A stretch of DNA of 61,391 nt, the filler included. It is 6 parts of 6 records of this genome, joined end to end, with 100 filler letters (N's around TTAATTAATTAA, not from the genome) between each part and the next. Parts side by side here need not be neighbours in the genome. Positions count along the whole stretch, not along the records: positions 41,543 to 52,559 come from SRR22947727_3524; positions 52,660 to 61,391 come from SRR22947727_3525; 4 more parts are not named here. One strand, 5' to 3'. Within the stretch, counting starts at the first letter, position 1. Each line of letters starts with the position of its first letter. Made by a program: the position numbers and the translations under genes. Of the stretch, positions 49,595 through 60,075 are shown piece by piece. The notes under the pieces were generated by a model. It was not told the origin of the DNA, did not search any database, and saw only the letters and a program-made list of their open reading frames with translations.

Positions 49595-50947
49595 ATGATC
49601 CGCTTTGCCGTTCTCACCGCTCTACTTTGCGTTTCCTTTTTGGCAAAGGCGACCGCCGAACGACCTCCCAACATTCTGATCATCACGTGCGACAACCTAG
49701 GCTACGGCGATTTACCAAGCTACAATCAGGCAACATCAATCAAGTCGCCCAACCTCGATAAGCTGACCAAACAAGGCGCGAGGCTCACCTCATTCTACAC
49801 AGCATCACCGACCTGCACCGTTTCACGGGCATGTTTGCTGACCGGACGAATCCCGCAACGACACGGATTGATCAATCAACTCGGAGGCGTCGCCGGAAAT
49901 TATGGCGTGGGCTTGAACCACAAAGAGCAATTGATTCCCCAATTTCTAAAGACCGCTGCGACGCCCTATGCCACCGGTTGTTTTGGAAAATGGAATATCG
50001 GATTCGCTCCCGGATCTCGCCCCACCGAACGCGGCTTCGATGAATTTATCGGCAACGCATCTGGCAACCTCGATTACTACCATCACAATTACCGCGAGAA
50101 ACATGATCTTTACCAAGGGATTAAGGAACTGAAGCGGGAAGGAGAATATTCAACTGATATTTATGCGAATGCCGCAATCGATTTCATCACTCGTTCCAGC
50201 AAAAATTCGGATCGCCCATGGTTTTGTTATTTGCCATTCAATGCCCCGCATTTTCCAACGGCAGGAAACAAACGGCCCGGACAGCCCAACATTTATCAGG
50301 CACCCGATTGGGCGTTCGAAGGACTCGGCTTGAAGCCAGATAAAAGCGACCCGAAGCGACGCTACGACGCTGTGGTTTTTGCGCTGGATTCAGCGATCGG
50401 CAGGGTCATGAACACCTTGGACAAGACTGGCGTAGCCGAAAATACGTTTCTCTTTTTCATGTCCGACAACGGCGGCTTTCGGCTGAATCGAAAGGGGCTT
50501 GATGTCGGCATTAATGATCCCCTCCGCAGCGGCGGCGTCACCTGTTGGGAAGGCGGGCTGCGGGTTCCCGCAATGGTTCGGTGGCCCGGAAAAATCAAAC
50601 CGGACACCGTGATTTCAGAGCCGTTTTGGTCATCTGATTTATTGGTCACGTCGGCAAAACTCGCCGGAGTTGAACTCCCTTCGGATATAGTCTTCGACGG
50701 GAAAAACGTCCTTCCGATCCTAACTGCAAACGCACAATCACCGCACGAATCCTTTTACTTTAACTTCCGAACTCACGCTGCCCTTCGAAAAGGCGAATGG
50801 AAAATCGTGCGCGAGAAACCCAATCTTCCGTGGCAGCTCTACAACCTTGCCGACGATCTTCCCGAATCACAAAACCTTGCGGAGGCCGAATCTGAAAAAC
50901 GAAACGAGCTCGTCGAGGAATTTGCGAAGTGGGAATCGACTTTTTGA
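49595..50947 (+). CDS. Secreted arylsulfatase-family sulfatase (S1)
   Basis: Signal peptide, PNILIITCDNLGYGD, CTVSRACLLTGR, GKWNIG, NAPH, SDNGG, WEGGLRVP. Confidence 0.9.
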   Translation: MIRFAVLTALLCVSFLAKATAERPPNILIITCDNLGYGDLPSYNQATSIKSPNLDKLTKQGARLTSFYTASPTCTVSRACLLTGRIPQRHGLINQLGGVAGNYGVGLNHKEQLIPQFLKTAATPYATGCFGKWNIGFAPGSRPTERGFDEFIGNASGNLDYYHHNYREKHDLYQGIKELKREGEYSTDIYANAAIDFITRSSKNSDRPWFCYLPFNAPHFPTAGNKRPGQPNIYQAPDWAFEGLGLKPDKSDPKRRYDAVVFALDSAIGRVMNTLDKTGVAENTFLFFMSDNGGFRLNRKGLDVGINDPLRSGGVTCWEGGLRVPAMVRWPGKIKPDTVISEPFWSSDLLVTSAKLAGVELPSDIVFDGKNVLPILTANAQSPHESFYFNFRTHAALRKGEWKIVREKPNLPWQLYNLADDLPESQNLAEAESEKRNELVEEFAKWESTF

Positions 50948-50983
50948 GTTGCGAAGCCCTACTAAAACCGTGTTTGATGCGTT

Positions 50984-52483
50984 ATGCCGATCCTTGAAGT
51001 CAAAAACATCACCAAAAAATTCCCCGGAGTGATCGCTCTCGGTGGAGTCGATCTTCAATTGGAAGAAAGTGAAGTCCTTTCCGTAATCGGCGAAAACGGA
51101 GCAGGCAAAAGCACCCTGATGAAAATTCTCGCAGGGGTTCAACCGCCAGATAGCGGTGAAATTCTTGTCGACGGAAAACCAGTTTTCATCAATGGCGTGC
51201 AAGATGCATTCGATAACGGAATTGCCCTGATCCACCAGGAACTCAACCTCGCAGGGAACCTCAGCGTCGCCGCGAATATCTTTCTTGGTCGTGAACCTCG
51301 AAAAATGGGATTGATCGACAACGCGAAAATCAATGCCGAAGCGGCCCGCTTTCTTGAAATGGTCGGGCTCGATGTCGATCCAACTACTCTTGTCGAAGAA
51401 CTCACCATCGGTCGTCAGCAAATGGTCGAAATTGCAAAGGCGCTCTCGATCAATGCCCGGGTCCTGATCATGGACGAGCCGACTTCCAGCCTTTCTGCGA
51501 AAGAAACGGATTCGCTCTTTACCGTGGTCAAAGACCTCAGAAGCAAAGGCGTCAGCGTTATTTATATCTCCCACCGACTCGGCGAAGTGAAGGAGCTTTC
51601 CGACCGCGTCACCGTTTTACGCGACGGAAACAACGCAGGTGAAATCGAACGCAAAGAAATCACCCACGACAAGATGGTCAGCATGATGGTCGGCCGTGAT
51701 TTGTCGCAATACTTCCCGCACGAACCTCACGAGGCGGGCGAAACGGTGTTGAAGGCAATTGATTTACGCACGCCGGTTCATCCAAAACATGCCCTGAATT
51801 TCGAAGTGAAAGCCGGCGAGATTGTCGGAGTCGCCGGGCTTGTCGGGGCAGGTCGCACGGAGCTGTTGGCGACACTTTTTGGAGTCACCCCAGCAATCGG
51901 CGGTTCAATTGAAATCGAAGGGCAAACTGCCTCCATTCAATCCCCCCGAGATGCAATCAAAGCTGGAATCGCTCTCGCGCCGGAAGATCGCAAAAAGCAG
52001 GGACTTATTTTGGAAATGTCCGTTGGCGAAAACATTAGCCTTTCAGCTCTTCAACGAGACAGCAAACGCGGTTTTCGCAACCAAGCGGCTGAGGATGCGA
52101 TTTCGGATAAAATGATCGCGCAGATGCGGATCAAAACCCCGAGTGCTGATCAAGTCGTTCGTTATTTATCCGGCGGGAATCAGCAAAAAGTCGTCCTCGG
52201 AAAATGGCTCGCAATGAAGCCTAAAATTCTATTTCTCGACGAGCCAACCCGTGGAATTGACGTGGGAGCGAAAGCCGAGATTTACACGTTGATGGAAGAA
52301 CTCGCCGCGACTGGCGTCGCCATTTTATTCGTCTCCAGCGAAATGGAAGAAATTCTCGGGATGTCCGATCGCACTCTAGTTATGCACGAGGGTCAACTCA
52401 CTGGAGAACTCCAGCGCAGTGAATTGAGCGAAGAAGCCATCATGCAACTCGCGACCGGAAACGTGGCTGAAGCAGCCGCGTAA
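50984..52483 (+). CDS. Sugar ABC transporter ATP-binding protein (RbsA-like, two NBDs)
   Basis: [38 protein letters not shown]. Confidence 0.92.
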   Translation: MPILEVKNITKKFPGVIALGGVDLQLEESEVLSVIGENGAGKSTLMKILAGVQPPDSGEILVDGKPVFINGVQDAFDNGIALIHQELNLAGNLSVAANIFLGREPRKMGLIDNAKINAEAARFLEMVGLDVDPTTLVEELTIGRQQMVEIAKALSINARVLIMDEPTSSLSAKETDSLFTVVKDLRSKGVSVIYISHRLGEVKELSDRVTVLRDGNNAGEIERKEITHDKMVSMMVGRDLSQYFPHEPHEAGETVLKAIDLRTPVHPKHALNFEVKAGEIVGVAGLVGAGRTELLATLFGVTPAIGGSIEIEGQTASIQSPRDAIKAGIALAPEDRKKQGLILEMSVGENISLSALQRDSKRGFRNQAAEDAISDKMIAQMRIKTPSADQVVRYLSGGNQQKVVLGKWLAMKPKILFLDEPTRGIDVGAKAEIYTLMEELAATGVAILFVSSEMEEILGMSDRTLVMHEGQLTGELQRSELSEEAIMQLATGNVAEAAA

Positions 52484-52487
52484 AAGC

Positions 52488-52559
52488 TTTCCACGAAGAA
52501 ACAGGGTTGGTTCGCAGAGCCATTTCGATCCAATAGGGTCTGTTCGACGAATCAACCCT
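52488..52559. repeat. REP-like palindromic repeat cluster
   Basis: AGGGTTGGTTCG and CCAATAGGGTCTGTTCGACGAATCAACCCT, related to 41543-41582. Confidence 0.65.
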
Positions 52560-52659
52560 NNNNNNNNNNNNNNNNNNNNNNNNNNNNNNNNNNNNNNNNN
52601 NNNTTAATTAATTAANNNNNNNNNNNNNNNNNNNNNNNNNNNNNNNNNNNNNNNNNNNN
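52560..52659. other. Artificial contig linker
   Basis: N run with TTAATTAATTAA. Confidence 0.98.
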
Positions 52660-53521
52660 CCAAGAACGATCCCCGGAATTGAATAGCCTTAAGCTTGCCA
52701 GCTGCAGCCTGAGCTGCCGGATCAACCGCGGCACCAAGGTTGTGGAGTTGCTCTAACTCTTGAACAGCCAAAACTGCATCAAATTGAGCCAGATGTGGTA
52801 TCATCCCGTAGCCAAGTTTATTGGACATCCAAAACACCGGGATGAGGTAAGCAACAATCAGCACGATATATTGAGCAACTTGCGTCCATGTCACCGCACG
52901 CATTCCGCCCAGCATTGAACAGGCTAGGATACCAGACAACCCAACCCAAACACCCCATTCAAATGGAATATCCAGCATTCGAGCCGCAACCGTACCCGTA
53001 CCGTTGATCTGCGCCGTCACATAGGTAAAGGATGCCATGACAAGAACGATCACCGCACAGAAGCGGGCAAGGTTACCGCCATAACGTGTACCGATAAAAT
53101 CAGGCACCGTATAACAGCCAAACTTGCGCAGATATGGCGCGATCAAGCTTGCCACCAACACGTAACCGCCGGTCCAACCAACAAGGAACGCCATGTAAGG
53201 ATAGCCGTTCATGTAAATGCCACCGGCCATCGCGATAAATGATGCACCTGACATCCAGTCAGCAGCGGTTGCCATACCGTTGTACACGGCAGGAACTTCA
53301 CGTCCGGCAACGTAATATTGCCCCGATTCCATGGTCCGGGACAAAATGCCGATCAAGGCATAAATTGCGATGGTAAATCCAACAAACATCCAGCCAATCT
53401 TCTCGGCACTGACGCCTGCTTGTTCTAGGATTGCCATGATAATAACAAAGCCTAAGAATCCAAGTGTATAGACCCCATAAACTCTGCCTAGGTTTTTAAT
53501 AAATCCACCTTCAAGTTTCAT
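52660..53521 (-). CDS. Sodium:solute symporter, ActP-like (VC_2705 subfamily), 5' part
   Basis: YYVAGR.VPAVYNGMATAADWMSGASF, GWTGGYVL, LGGMRAVTWTQVAQY; GGAG RBS. Confidence 0.88.
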
Positions 53522-53531
53522 AACAGCACTC

Positions 53532-53789
53532 CTAATCTTCTGAAACGCCGAACTCGTCATCAATTTGGCTTTGTTTTGTTACAAACCAGAAGACAAGAAT
53601 TGCGAACGATATCTGAACCCCCATGCCAGCCATAAAATAGCCGCCAGGGAACGATCCAGCCCCGCCGTTTAAGGCGTCACCAAACCAATGAATTATAAAT
53701 GCTAAGAAAATCCAGATGGCCAATGTCTTGAATAAGAGACTTTTCGTCCTATCCCAGTGACTTGGCGCCCCGGTAGATTGACTACTCAT
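53532..53789 (-). CDS. DUF4212-like small membrane partner of the symporter
   Basis: HW..T..L, FPGGYFMA.MG, IDDEFGVSED; GGAGG RBS; typical position upstream of ActP-like gene. Confidence 0.8.
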   Translation of the reverse strand: MSSQSTGAPSHWDRTKSLLFKTLAIWIFLAFIIHWFGDALNGGAGSFPGGYFMAGMGVQISFAILVFWFVTKQSQIDDEFGVSED

Positions 53790-53996
53790 AACAGCATCCT
53801 CCAAAAACCATGATTTAACTCTCCAAATAAATCACTTCCCCACGATCCTAGTTGGGCAAAACAAAATTCAGCACCAGAGAAGGATCAAAAAGTTGCCGCG
53901 GATTATTGTTATTGTGCTCACGACAATACGTAGGCAAAATCTTAGGGAATAAAGAGTAAATGGCAACATATTTTAGCGTGAGCGTTTTGAAAACAA

Positions 53997-54647
53997 ATGA
54001 TAACAACCATCAAATCAGTGCTGCGCATTATCGGATTCATCAAGGACCCGCCGCTTAAAACACGCCAGCAACTATATGATTTTATTGACAGCCGCGCAGC
54101 ATTTGTGTCGCAGGTGACGCTTTACACCTATGTCAAAGCCCGCGCCGGCACCCGCTTTCCAAAATTATTCCAAAATGACGATTTTTTAACCTCTTTGCGC
54201 ATCGCCCGATGGCATGTCTATGGTGCCGCCATTTGCGATCTTGGCTTATTTGCCATTGCCCAGCTCAAACGCGATGGCGGATTAAACGACAAGGCCGCGC
54301 GGGAACTTGCGATTGAAATGTTGGATGGCATTTTGTTGGACTACGATCAAAATGACATTGATCCAAAAGATTTTGCCGCGATGAGGGATACCGGCAAACA
54401 ACGTGCCGCCTTTGCCAATTGGGATTTAATCGCTGATGGGCCAGCAGCCTTTCAATCAAGTTCGGATGCGGTTTTCCGCTGGGCACCAATCGCCGATGAA
54501 CTGAAAGACAATGATGTAGAAATCGTCCGCAATTCGATACATCTTCGCTGGATTGGCGTTCGCCGTGATTTAAAGGAACTCATCAAACCCGCCCTTATTC
54601 TGGCTGATTGGCGTAAATCTGACCGCCCCAATCCGCCCTCAATCTGA
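53997..54647 (+). CDS. Conserved hypothetical protein
   Basis: 216-aa ORF; AAFVSQVTLYTYVKARAGTRFPKLF, WAPIADELK..D.EIVRNS. Confidence 0.65.
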   Translation: MITTIKSVLRIIGFIKDPPLKTRQQLYDFIDSRAAFVSQVTLYTYVKARAGTRFPKLFQNDDFLTSLRIARWHVYGAAICDLGLFAIAQLKRDGGLNDKAARELAIEMLDGILLDYDQNDIDPKDFAAMRDTGKQRAAFANWDLIADGPAAFQSSSDAVFRWAPIADELKDNDVEIVRNSIHLRWIGVRRDLKELIKPALILADWRKSDRPNPPSI

Positions 54648-54669
54648 CCATAACCAAAAAAGAGACAAA

Positions 54670-55062
54670 ATGCCTGTTACCAAAACCGTAAAAATGCTTG
54701 TTGCCGAGGCAAAGGAGCAAACCAACAGCATCAGTCCAGCCGACGCGCATGACCGGCAGCAGTCAGGTGATGCCATTTTGATTGATATCCGTGATATTCG
54801 CGAATTACAGCGCGACGGCCGCATTGAGGGCGCGTTTCACGCACCGCGAGGCATGTTGGAATTTTGGGCCGATCCCGACAGCCCGTATCACAAAGAGATT
54901 TTTGCGACCAAGGGCGAGCTTGTTTTGTTTTGTGCCAGCAGTTGGCGGTCAGCACTTGCTGCCAAAACCCTTCAAGATATGGGACTCAGCAATATCCGCG
55001 ACATGGATGGCGGCTTTAGCGCATGGAAAACCGCTAGCCTGCCCTTCAGTAAAGACGATTAA
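54670..55062 (+). CDS. Single-domain rhodanese
   Basis: IDIRDIRE, APRGMLEFWADP, FCASSWRSALAA, GGFSAW. Confidence 0.88.
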   Translation: MPVTKTVKMLVAEAKEQTNSISPADAHDRQQSGDAILIDIRDIRELQRDGRIEGAFHAPRGMLEFWADPDSPYHKEIFATKGELVLFCASSWRSALAAKTLQDMGLSNIRDMDGGFSAWKTASLPFSKDD

Positions 55063-55183
55063 TGCTGAACAGGCTGTTTCTGCGGCAATTTTATAAAATT
55101 TGATGAATCTTCGGCCAGAATGATTGACAATCAAATGGCCAGAAGGCTAATTGCAACCAACTTTTTTCGGTGGGAGTGTATAG

Positions 55184-56596
55184 ATGACCGACGTAACGGC
55201 CGATATTGATGCCATGATCGCACGGGCGCGCAAAGCCCAGCAATCTTATGAAGCCAACGGAAGTCAGGAACGGTTTGACCGTGCCGCCGAAGCCGCCGCA
55301 TGGGCGCTGATGGAACCAAGCCGCAATGCCGAGCTTGCCGCCTTTGCCGTTGCCGAAACCGGTCTTGGCAAGATTGCTGATAAAATCACCAAAAACCACC
55401 GGAAAACGCTTGGCCTGCTTCGTGACATCCATGGCAAAACCAGCTTTGGCCTGATCGATGATGATGCCCAATCAGGGGTCAGTGAATTTTTGCGGCCAAA
55501 AGGGGTTGTTGCGGCGATCGTGCCGTCAACCAACCCGTTGGCAACGCCAATCAATAATGTTGTCAATGCCTTGAAAACCGGAAATGCCATCATTCTGGCG
55601 CCATCGCCCAAAGGTGCCGCGCCTTTGGCTAAATTGCTGGAATATGTCTATGCCGAATTTGACCGAATCGGTCTTGACCATGATCTTGTGCAGATGGTGC
55701 CGAATCCGCCGTCAAAGGAAAAAACCGCACGGCTGATGCAAGGCGTCGATATGCTGGTTGTCACCGGCTCACAAAGCAATGTCCGTTCGGCCTATTCATC
55801 CGGCACGCCCGCGCTTGGGGTTGGCATGGGCAATGTTGTGACAATCATTGACGAAACCGCCGATCTTGATGATGCGGCCGGCAAAATCGCCCGTTCAAAA
55901 TGTTTTGATAACGCGACATCTTGTTCATCCGAAAATGCGGTGATTGTTATTGATGCTGTTTATGACGCGTTTTTGCAGGCGATTGCCCGCGCTGGCGGCA
56001 TGTGTCTTGACCAAGACCAGACAAATCACCTGATTAGCACGCATTGGCATGACGGTCATTTGAACCGCAATATGCTTGCCAAGGATATTGACGCTGTTCT
56101 TGACACGCTTGGATTTACTGATGCAGCACCCGAAGGCACGAAATTTCTGGTGGCACCGGCATCAGCCGTTGGCCCAGACGCGCCAATTTCGGGTGAAAAA
56201 ATGGCGTTGTTTTTTGCGCTGTACCGCGCATCTGATTTTGGAACAGCCAAGGAAATGGCACGCGAAATTCACGCCTATCAGGGACGCGGTCATTCATTGG
56301 GATTGCATAGTAAAGATGATGACCGTGCGCGCGAATTGGCCATGGATATGCAGGCCTGCCGTATCATCGTCAATCAGGCGCATTGCTTTGCCACTGGCGG
56401 GTCATTCGACAATGGTCTTCCTTTCTCGCTGTCGATGGGCTGTGGGTCATGGGGTGGTAATTCGATTGACGATAATTTGAATTGGACGCATTTTGTCAAT
56501 CATGTACGGATTGCCCGTCCAATTGCCCCCGTTGAGCCAACAGTTGACGAAATGTTTGCTGACTATTTCAAAGCCAGCAAACAAGCGGGCGTCTAA
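55184..56596 (+). CDS. sauS: Acylating sulfoacetaldehyde dehydrogenase
   Basis: KNHRKTLGLLRD, PSTNP, SKCFDNATSCSSEN, ATGGSFDNGLPFSLSMGCGSWG; adjacent to CoA ligase. Confidence 0.8.
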   Translation: MTDVTADIDAMIARARKAQQSYEANGSQERFDRAAEAAAWALMEPSRNAELAAFAVAETGLGKIADKITKNHRKTLGLLRDIHGKTSFGLIDDDAQSGVSEFLRPKGVVAAIVPSTNPLATPINNVVNALKTGNAIILAPSPKGAAPLAKLLEYVYAEFDRIGLDHDLVQMVPNPPSKEKTARLMQGVDMLVVTGSQSNVRSAYSSGTPALGVGMGNVVTIIDETADLDDAAGKIARSKCFDNATSCSSENAVIVIDAVYDAFLQAIARAGGMCLDQDQTNHLISTHWHDGHLNRNMLAKDIDAVLDTLGFTDAAPEGTKFLVAPASAVGPDAPISGEKMALFFALYRASDFGTAKEMAREIHAYQGRGHSLGLHSKDDDRARELAMDMQACRIIVNQAHCFATGGSFDNGLPFSLSMGCGSWGGNSIDDNLNWTHFVNHVRIARPIAPVEPTVDEMFADYFKASKQAGV

Positions 56597-56599
56597 ATC

Positions 56600-58141
56600 A
56601 TGTCGGGTGCATCATCGTCTAGCATTCCCGATCTGCTGAGCAACACCGCATCGGTTTCACCCGATGCGATTTGGCTGACAACACCTGAAACGGAACAGGC
56701 CTTTACCTGGCAGGACAGCCTTGACCGCGCCAACGAAATCGCCTGTTATCTTCAAGGTGCTGGCCTATCAGATGGTGCGTCGGTTGCGATTGCGTCGGCA
56801 AATGGCGCCGCAGCGAGTTTTGCCTTTCTCGGCACTGTGTTTGGCGGCTATCGCGCAACACCATTGAATTTGGTTGCAGGCTTTAAAACCCTTGGTTTTG
56901 TGTTGTCACACTCTAAAACCGAAATCATTCTTTGCGCCGATGATTGCCGGTCGATGGTTGAAGACGCTTTGGCGGCAATGCCTGACGCGCCAAAAACCAT
57001 GCCGCAAATTGTAAGCATGGATATCGACCAAGGCCCGCGCTGGGACGAAACCGGAATTACCCCAATTAACAAAGCCGATTTGCGCCGCCCAAACGCCAAA
57101 AGCATTGGCCTTTTGATGTATACATCGGGAACCACCGGCGTGCCAAAAGGGGTTTTGCTGTCACATGCCAATTTGATTGCGGCGGGAAGTAATGTTTGCG
57201 TCGCGCACAAGCTGGATAAGACCGATATTGGCATGTGTGTTTTGCCGATTTACCATATTAATGGCCTATGCGTTACCGTGATGGGCACTCTAGTATCGGC
57301 AAGCGGGCTTGTGATGCCACGGCGCTTTTCGGCAACGCATTTTTGGGCGCAGATGAAGCAGTTTGATTGCAGCTGGTTCAGTGCCGTGCCAACGCTATTT
57401 GCCTATTTGCTGAATGATGAGACCGTTCCTGATCTTAATCGTGACCGGCTGCGCTTTTCGCGTTCAGCCTCGGCGCCGCTGCCGCCCGAAATTCACCGTC
57501 AATTTGAAAAGCGGTTCAATATTCCGATTATCGAAACGATGGGCCTAACCGAAACCGGCGCGCAAATCCTGTCCAATCCTTTACCGCCAGCAAAGCGCAA
57601 AATTGGTTCACCCGGTATCGGCTATGGCAATGAAATCGCCATAGCTGACCCTGATCTCTCGATTTTGGGGCCTGACATTGAAGGCGAAATTCTGGTTCGT
57701 GGCAGTAATGTTATGCAGGGCTATCTCGACCGACCAGACGAAACCGCCAAAACCATCACCGCCGATGGCTGGCTTCGCACCGGCGATCTGGGGCGTATGG
57801 ATCAAGATGGGTTCATCTTTGTCACTGGCCGGATCAAAGAGCTGATCATCAAAGGCGGGGAAAATATCGCACCGCGCGAGATTGACGAAGCCTTGCTGGA
57901 ACATGACGCTGTGTTGGAGGCTGCGGCCTTTGCCCGCGAATGCAAGGATTACGGCCAGCGTGTCGAAGCCTGCGTTCGGCTAAAGGATGGCAAAACCATT
58001 TCGGAAGATGAATTGCGTGCCTTTTGCACAAGCCGGATCGGCACCTATAAGACACCTGATCATATTTACTTTCTGGACGATCTGCCAAAAGGCCCGTCAG
58101 GCAAGGTGCAGCGCATGAAGCTTCTTGATATGGTTTCTTAG
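56600..58141 (+). CDS. sauT: AMP-binding acyl-CoA ligase, probable sulfoacetate-CoA ligase
   Basis: YTSGTTGVPKG, IETMGLTET, TGDLG, KGGENIAPREIDE, PKGPSGKVQR; follows sauS. Confidence 0.75.
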   Translation: MSGASSSSIPDLLSNTASVSPDAIWLTTPETEQAFTWQDSLDRANEIACYLQGAGLSDGASVAIASANGAAASFAFLGTVFGGYRATPLNLVAGFKTLGFVLSHSKTEIILCADDCRSMVEDALAAMPDAPKTMPQIVSMDIDQGPRWDETGITPINKADLRRPNAKSIGLLMYTSGTTGVPKGVLLSHANLIAAGSNVCVAHKLDKTDIGMCVLPIYHINGLCVTVMGTLVSASGLVMPRRFSATHFWAQMKQFDCSWFSAVPTLFAYLLNDETVPDLNRDRLRFSRSASAPLPPEIHRQFEKRFNIPIIETMGLTETGAQILSNPLPPAKRKIGSPGIGYGNEIAIADPDLSILGPDIEGEILVRGSNVMQGYLDRPDETAKTITADGWLRTGDLGRMDQDGFIFVTGRIKELIIKGGENIAPREIDEALLEHDAVLEAAAFARECKDYGQRVEACVRLKDGKTISEDELRAFCTSRIGTYKTPDHIYFLDDLPKGPSGKVQRMKLLDMVS

Positions 58142-58177
58142 ATCACCCAATCACAGATCACCCAATCACAGATCACC
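58140..58177 (+). repeat. 15-bp tandem repeat (about 2.5 copies)
   Basis: AGATCACCCAATCAC x2 + AGATCACC. Confidence 0.85.
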
Positions 58178-58390
58178 ACAAACCCCGTAGACGCCGATAA
58201 TTTGCCAGTTTTGGTAAGGCCGCCGCATTGAAAAATGCGCAGTTTAAGCGCGCCAACCGCTCGGTATTTTTGAATCTGTCGAAAAAGGCACCAACGAGGC
58301 AATTTTTTCCAACATAATTCCACGAAATGTTTGCTTTTTCATTTCAATTGGCCAAACTGTTGATCATAAAAATCTAATACGGAGGAAATT

Positions 58391-59428
58391 GTGAAAATCG
58401 TAAAAACTATCGCAACAGGCGTTTTGTTTGCTGGCATGGTAACTGGCGTGTCAACAGCAAGTTTTGCTGGCGGGCATGGCTTTAAATGTAAAGTTAGTGA
58501 AGAAAGCATGGCAAAGCCGGGCGGGTTTCCTGACCGTGCATTGACTATGATTGTCCCTTACGGCCCGGGTGGTGGTTCTGGACAGGTTGCAGCAGCAATG
58601 GCCAAGGCCGTTACTGACCTGACCGGCGTTGACATCAACCGCGACCACAAACCAGGTGGTTCAGGTTCAGTTGGCACCACAGCCTATATGGCGACACCAG
58701 CTGATGGCTATAATGTTCTCGAGCATATCGATGATGCATCATCGGCGCATGCGCTTGACTCATCTAAGGTGAACCCTGCTGTTGACCTTATTCCACTTGT
58801 AATTTCGCAGGTAACATTCTCGCAGATTTACATTCGTACGAATGAAGATCGTTTCAGCGATTGGAAGTCATTTGTCGCTTGGGTAAAGGCACAGGGCGGC
58901 AAAGCAACCATCGCCAATGTTTCTGCCGAAGGTTCAATGGAACGCGTCACAATGAAGTTTATCACTGACGCAACTGGCATGGAAATTCAGCAAATTTCTT
59001 TTGACAAGGGTGCTCCTCGTTACGGTGCGCTTCTTGGTGGTCAGGTTGACGCTTTGTTTGAGCAGCCGGGCGACGTCAAGAAATTCCTCGATGCCGGCAA
59101 TTTCAAGCCAATTCTGACTGTGTTTAACGAGCGTCCAAAGGCATTTGCCGATGTTCCAACACATGTTGAAATGGGCATGAGTTTTGAGCCTCTTCTTCGT
59201 TTCCGTGGCTTTTATGTCAATGCGAAGGCACCTGCCGACCGCGTAAAATGGCTCCAGTGGGCATTCCAGCGCGGCTATTGTCAGGACAGCTATCAGAAAT
59301 ATAACGAGTCAAAGTTCATGACTGTTATCGACAGCTATCGTGACACAGACGGCGCGAAGAAACTGATCAATCAGTCAATTAACCAATATCGTGAAGTCTA
59401 CAAGCAGATGGGAATGGCCCTTAAATAA
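58391..59428 (+). CDS. tctC: Tripartite tricarboxylate transporter substrate-binding protein (TctC family)
   Basis: Signal peptide, FPDRALTMIVPYGPGGGS, KPGGSG, LLGGQVD, DVPT; GGAGG RBS. Confidence 0.88.
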   Translation: MKIVKTIATGVLFAGMVTGVSTASFAGGHGFKCKVSEESMAKPGGFPDRALTMIVPYGPGGGSGQVAAAMAKAVTDLTGVDINRDHKPGGSGSVGTTAYMATPADGYNVLEHIDDASSAHALDSSKVNPAVDLIPLVISQVTFSQIYIRTNEDRFSDWKSFVAWVKAQGGKATIANVSAEGSMERVTMKFITDATGMEIQQISFDKGAPRYGALLGGQVDALFEQPGDVKKFLDAGNFKPILTVFNERPKAFADVPTHVEMGMSFEPLLRFRGFYVNAKAPADRVKWLQWAFQRGYCQDSYQKYNESKFMTVIDSYRDTDGAKKLINQSINQYREVYKQMGMALK

Positions 59429-59455
59429 GCCTCTCAGTAATATCTAACGAAACCC

Positions 59456-59485
59456 ATGCCCTGTGGTAATGCTACCACAGGGCAT
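59456..59485 (+). terminator. Intercistronic hairpin after tctC
   Basis: ATGCCCTGTGGTA-ATGC-TACCACAGGGCAT, 13-bp perfect stem without a U-tract. Confidence 0.6.
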
Positions 59486-59494
59486 TATAGGATT

Positions 59495-60058
59495 ATGACC
59501 ATGGGTAATTTGTCTAAATTTCATTTTTTGGAAGCCGCAATATGGGCGTCGATTGCGATCATATTTTTTGTTTTTTCATTTGAATTCAATCAGGGCATTG
59601 AAATCTACAAATTTGGCGCAACGGGCTGGCCCCGTGCCGTCATTTTGATGCTTGTGCTGGTTGTTATTGGCAATATTTTTCACCAAAGAACACACGGATC
59701 CAGTGCGCAAGAAGGCCGTGTTGGCGTAACTGATGATGAATTGGATGGTGTCGATAAATCGATGTCATCAATCTTGAATATTGTCGCCTTTGTTTTTCTG
59801 CCACTTATTTATGCTTGGTCACTCAAGCCCGTCGGCTTTTACGCCGCGACCCCTATTTTTGCCGCGCTTGTGATTATTTTGCTTGGCGAGCGGCGCATCA
59901 AATGGATCATCGGCATTTCCGCATTGATCTATGCCATTCTTATTGGTCTTTTTATGGTTGTGCTGAATGCTCCCCTGCCCCAAGGCACGGTCTCACCATT
60001 TTATGATTACAGCGCTTTCATGCTGCGCATGAACAACCAGCTGCAACACATGTTCTAG
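59495..60058 (+). CDS. tctB: TTT small membrane subunit (TctB family)
   Basis: About 5 TM segments, GATGWPR, VGFYAAT, LNAPLPQG. Confidence 0.82.
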   Translation: MTMGNLSKFHFLEAAIWASIAIIFFVFSFEFNQGIEIYKFGATGWPRAVILMLVLVVIGNIFHQRTHGSSAQEGRVGVTDDELDGVDKSMSSILNIVAFVFLPLIYAWSLKPVGFYAATPIFAALVIILLGERRIKWIIGISALIYAILIGLFMVVLNAPLPQGTVSPFYDYSAFMLRMNNQLQHMF

Positions 60059-60075
60059 AATTTGGATTTAGTCTC

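Noticed and set aside
50867-51574. 235-aa minus-strand ORF, and similar long antisense ORFs (17161-17697, 21717-22286, 41495-42094)
   Set aside because: They lie antisense to well-supported conserved genes and have no recognisable motifs.
59456-59494. N-terminal extension of TctB from ATG 59456
   Set aside because: This ATG is the first arm of the intercistronic hairpin; ATG 59495 or 59501 is more plausible.
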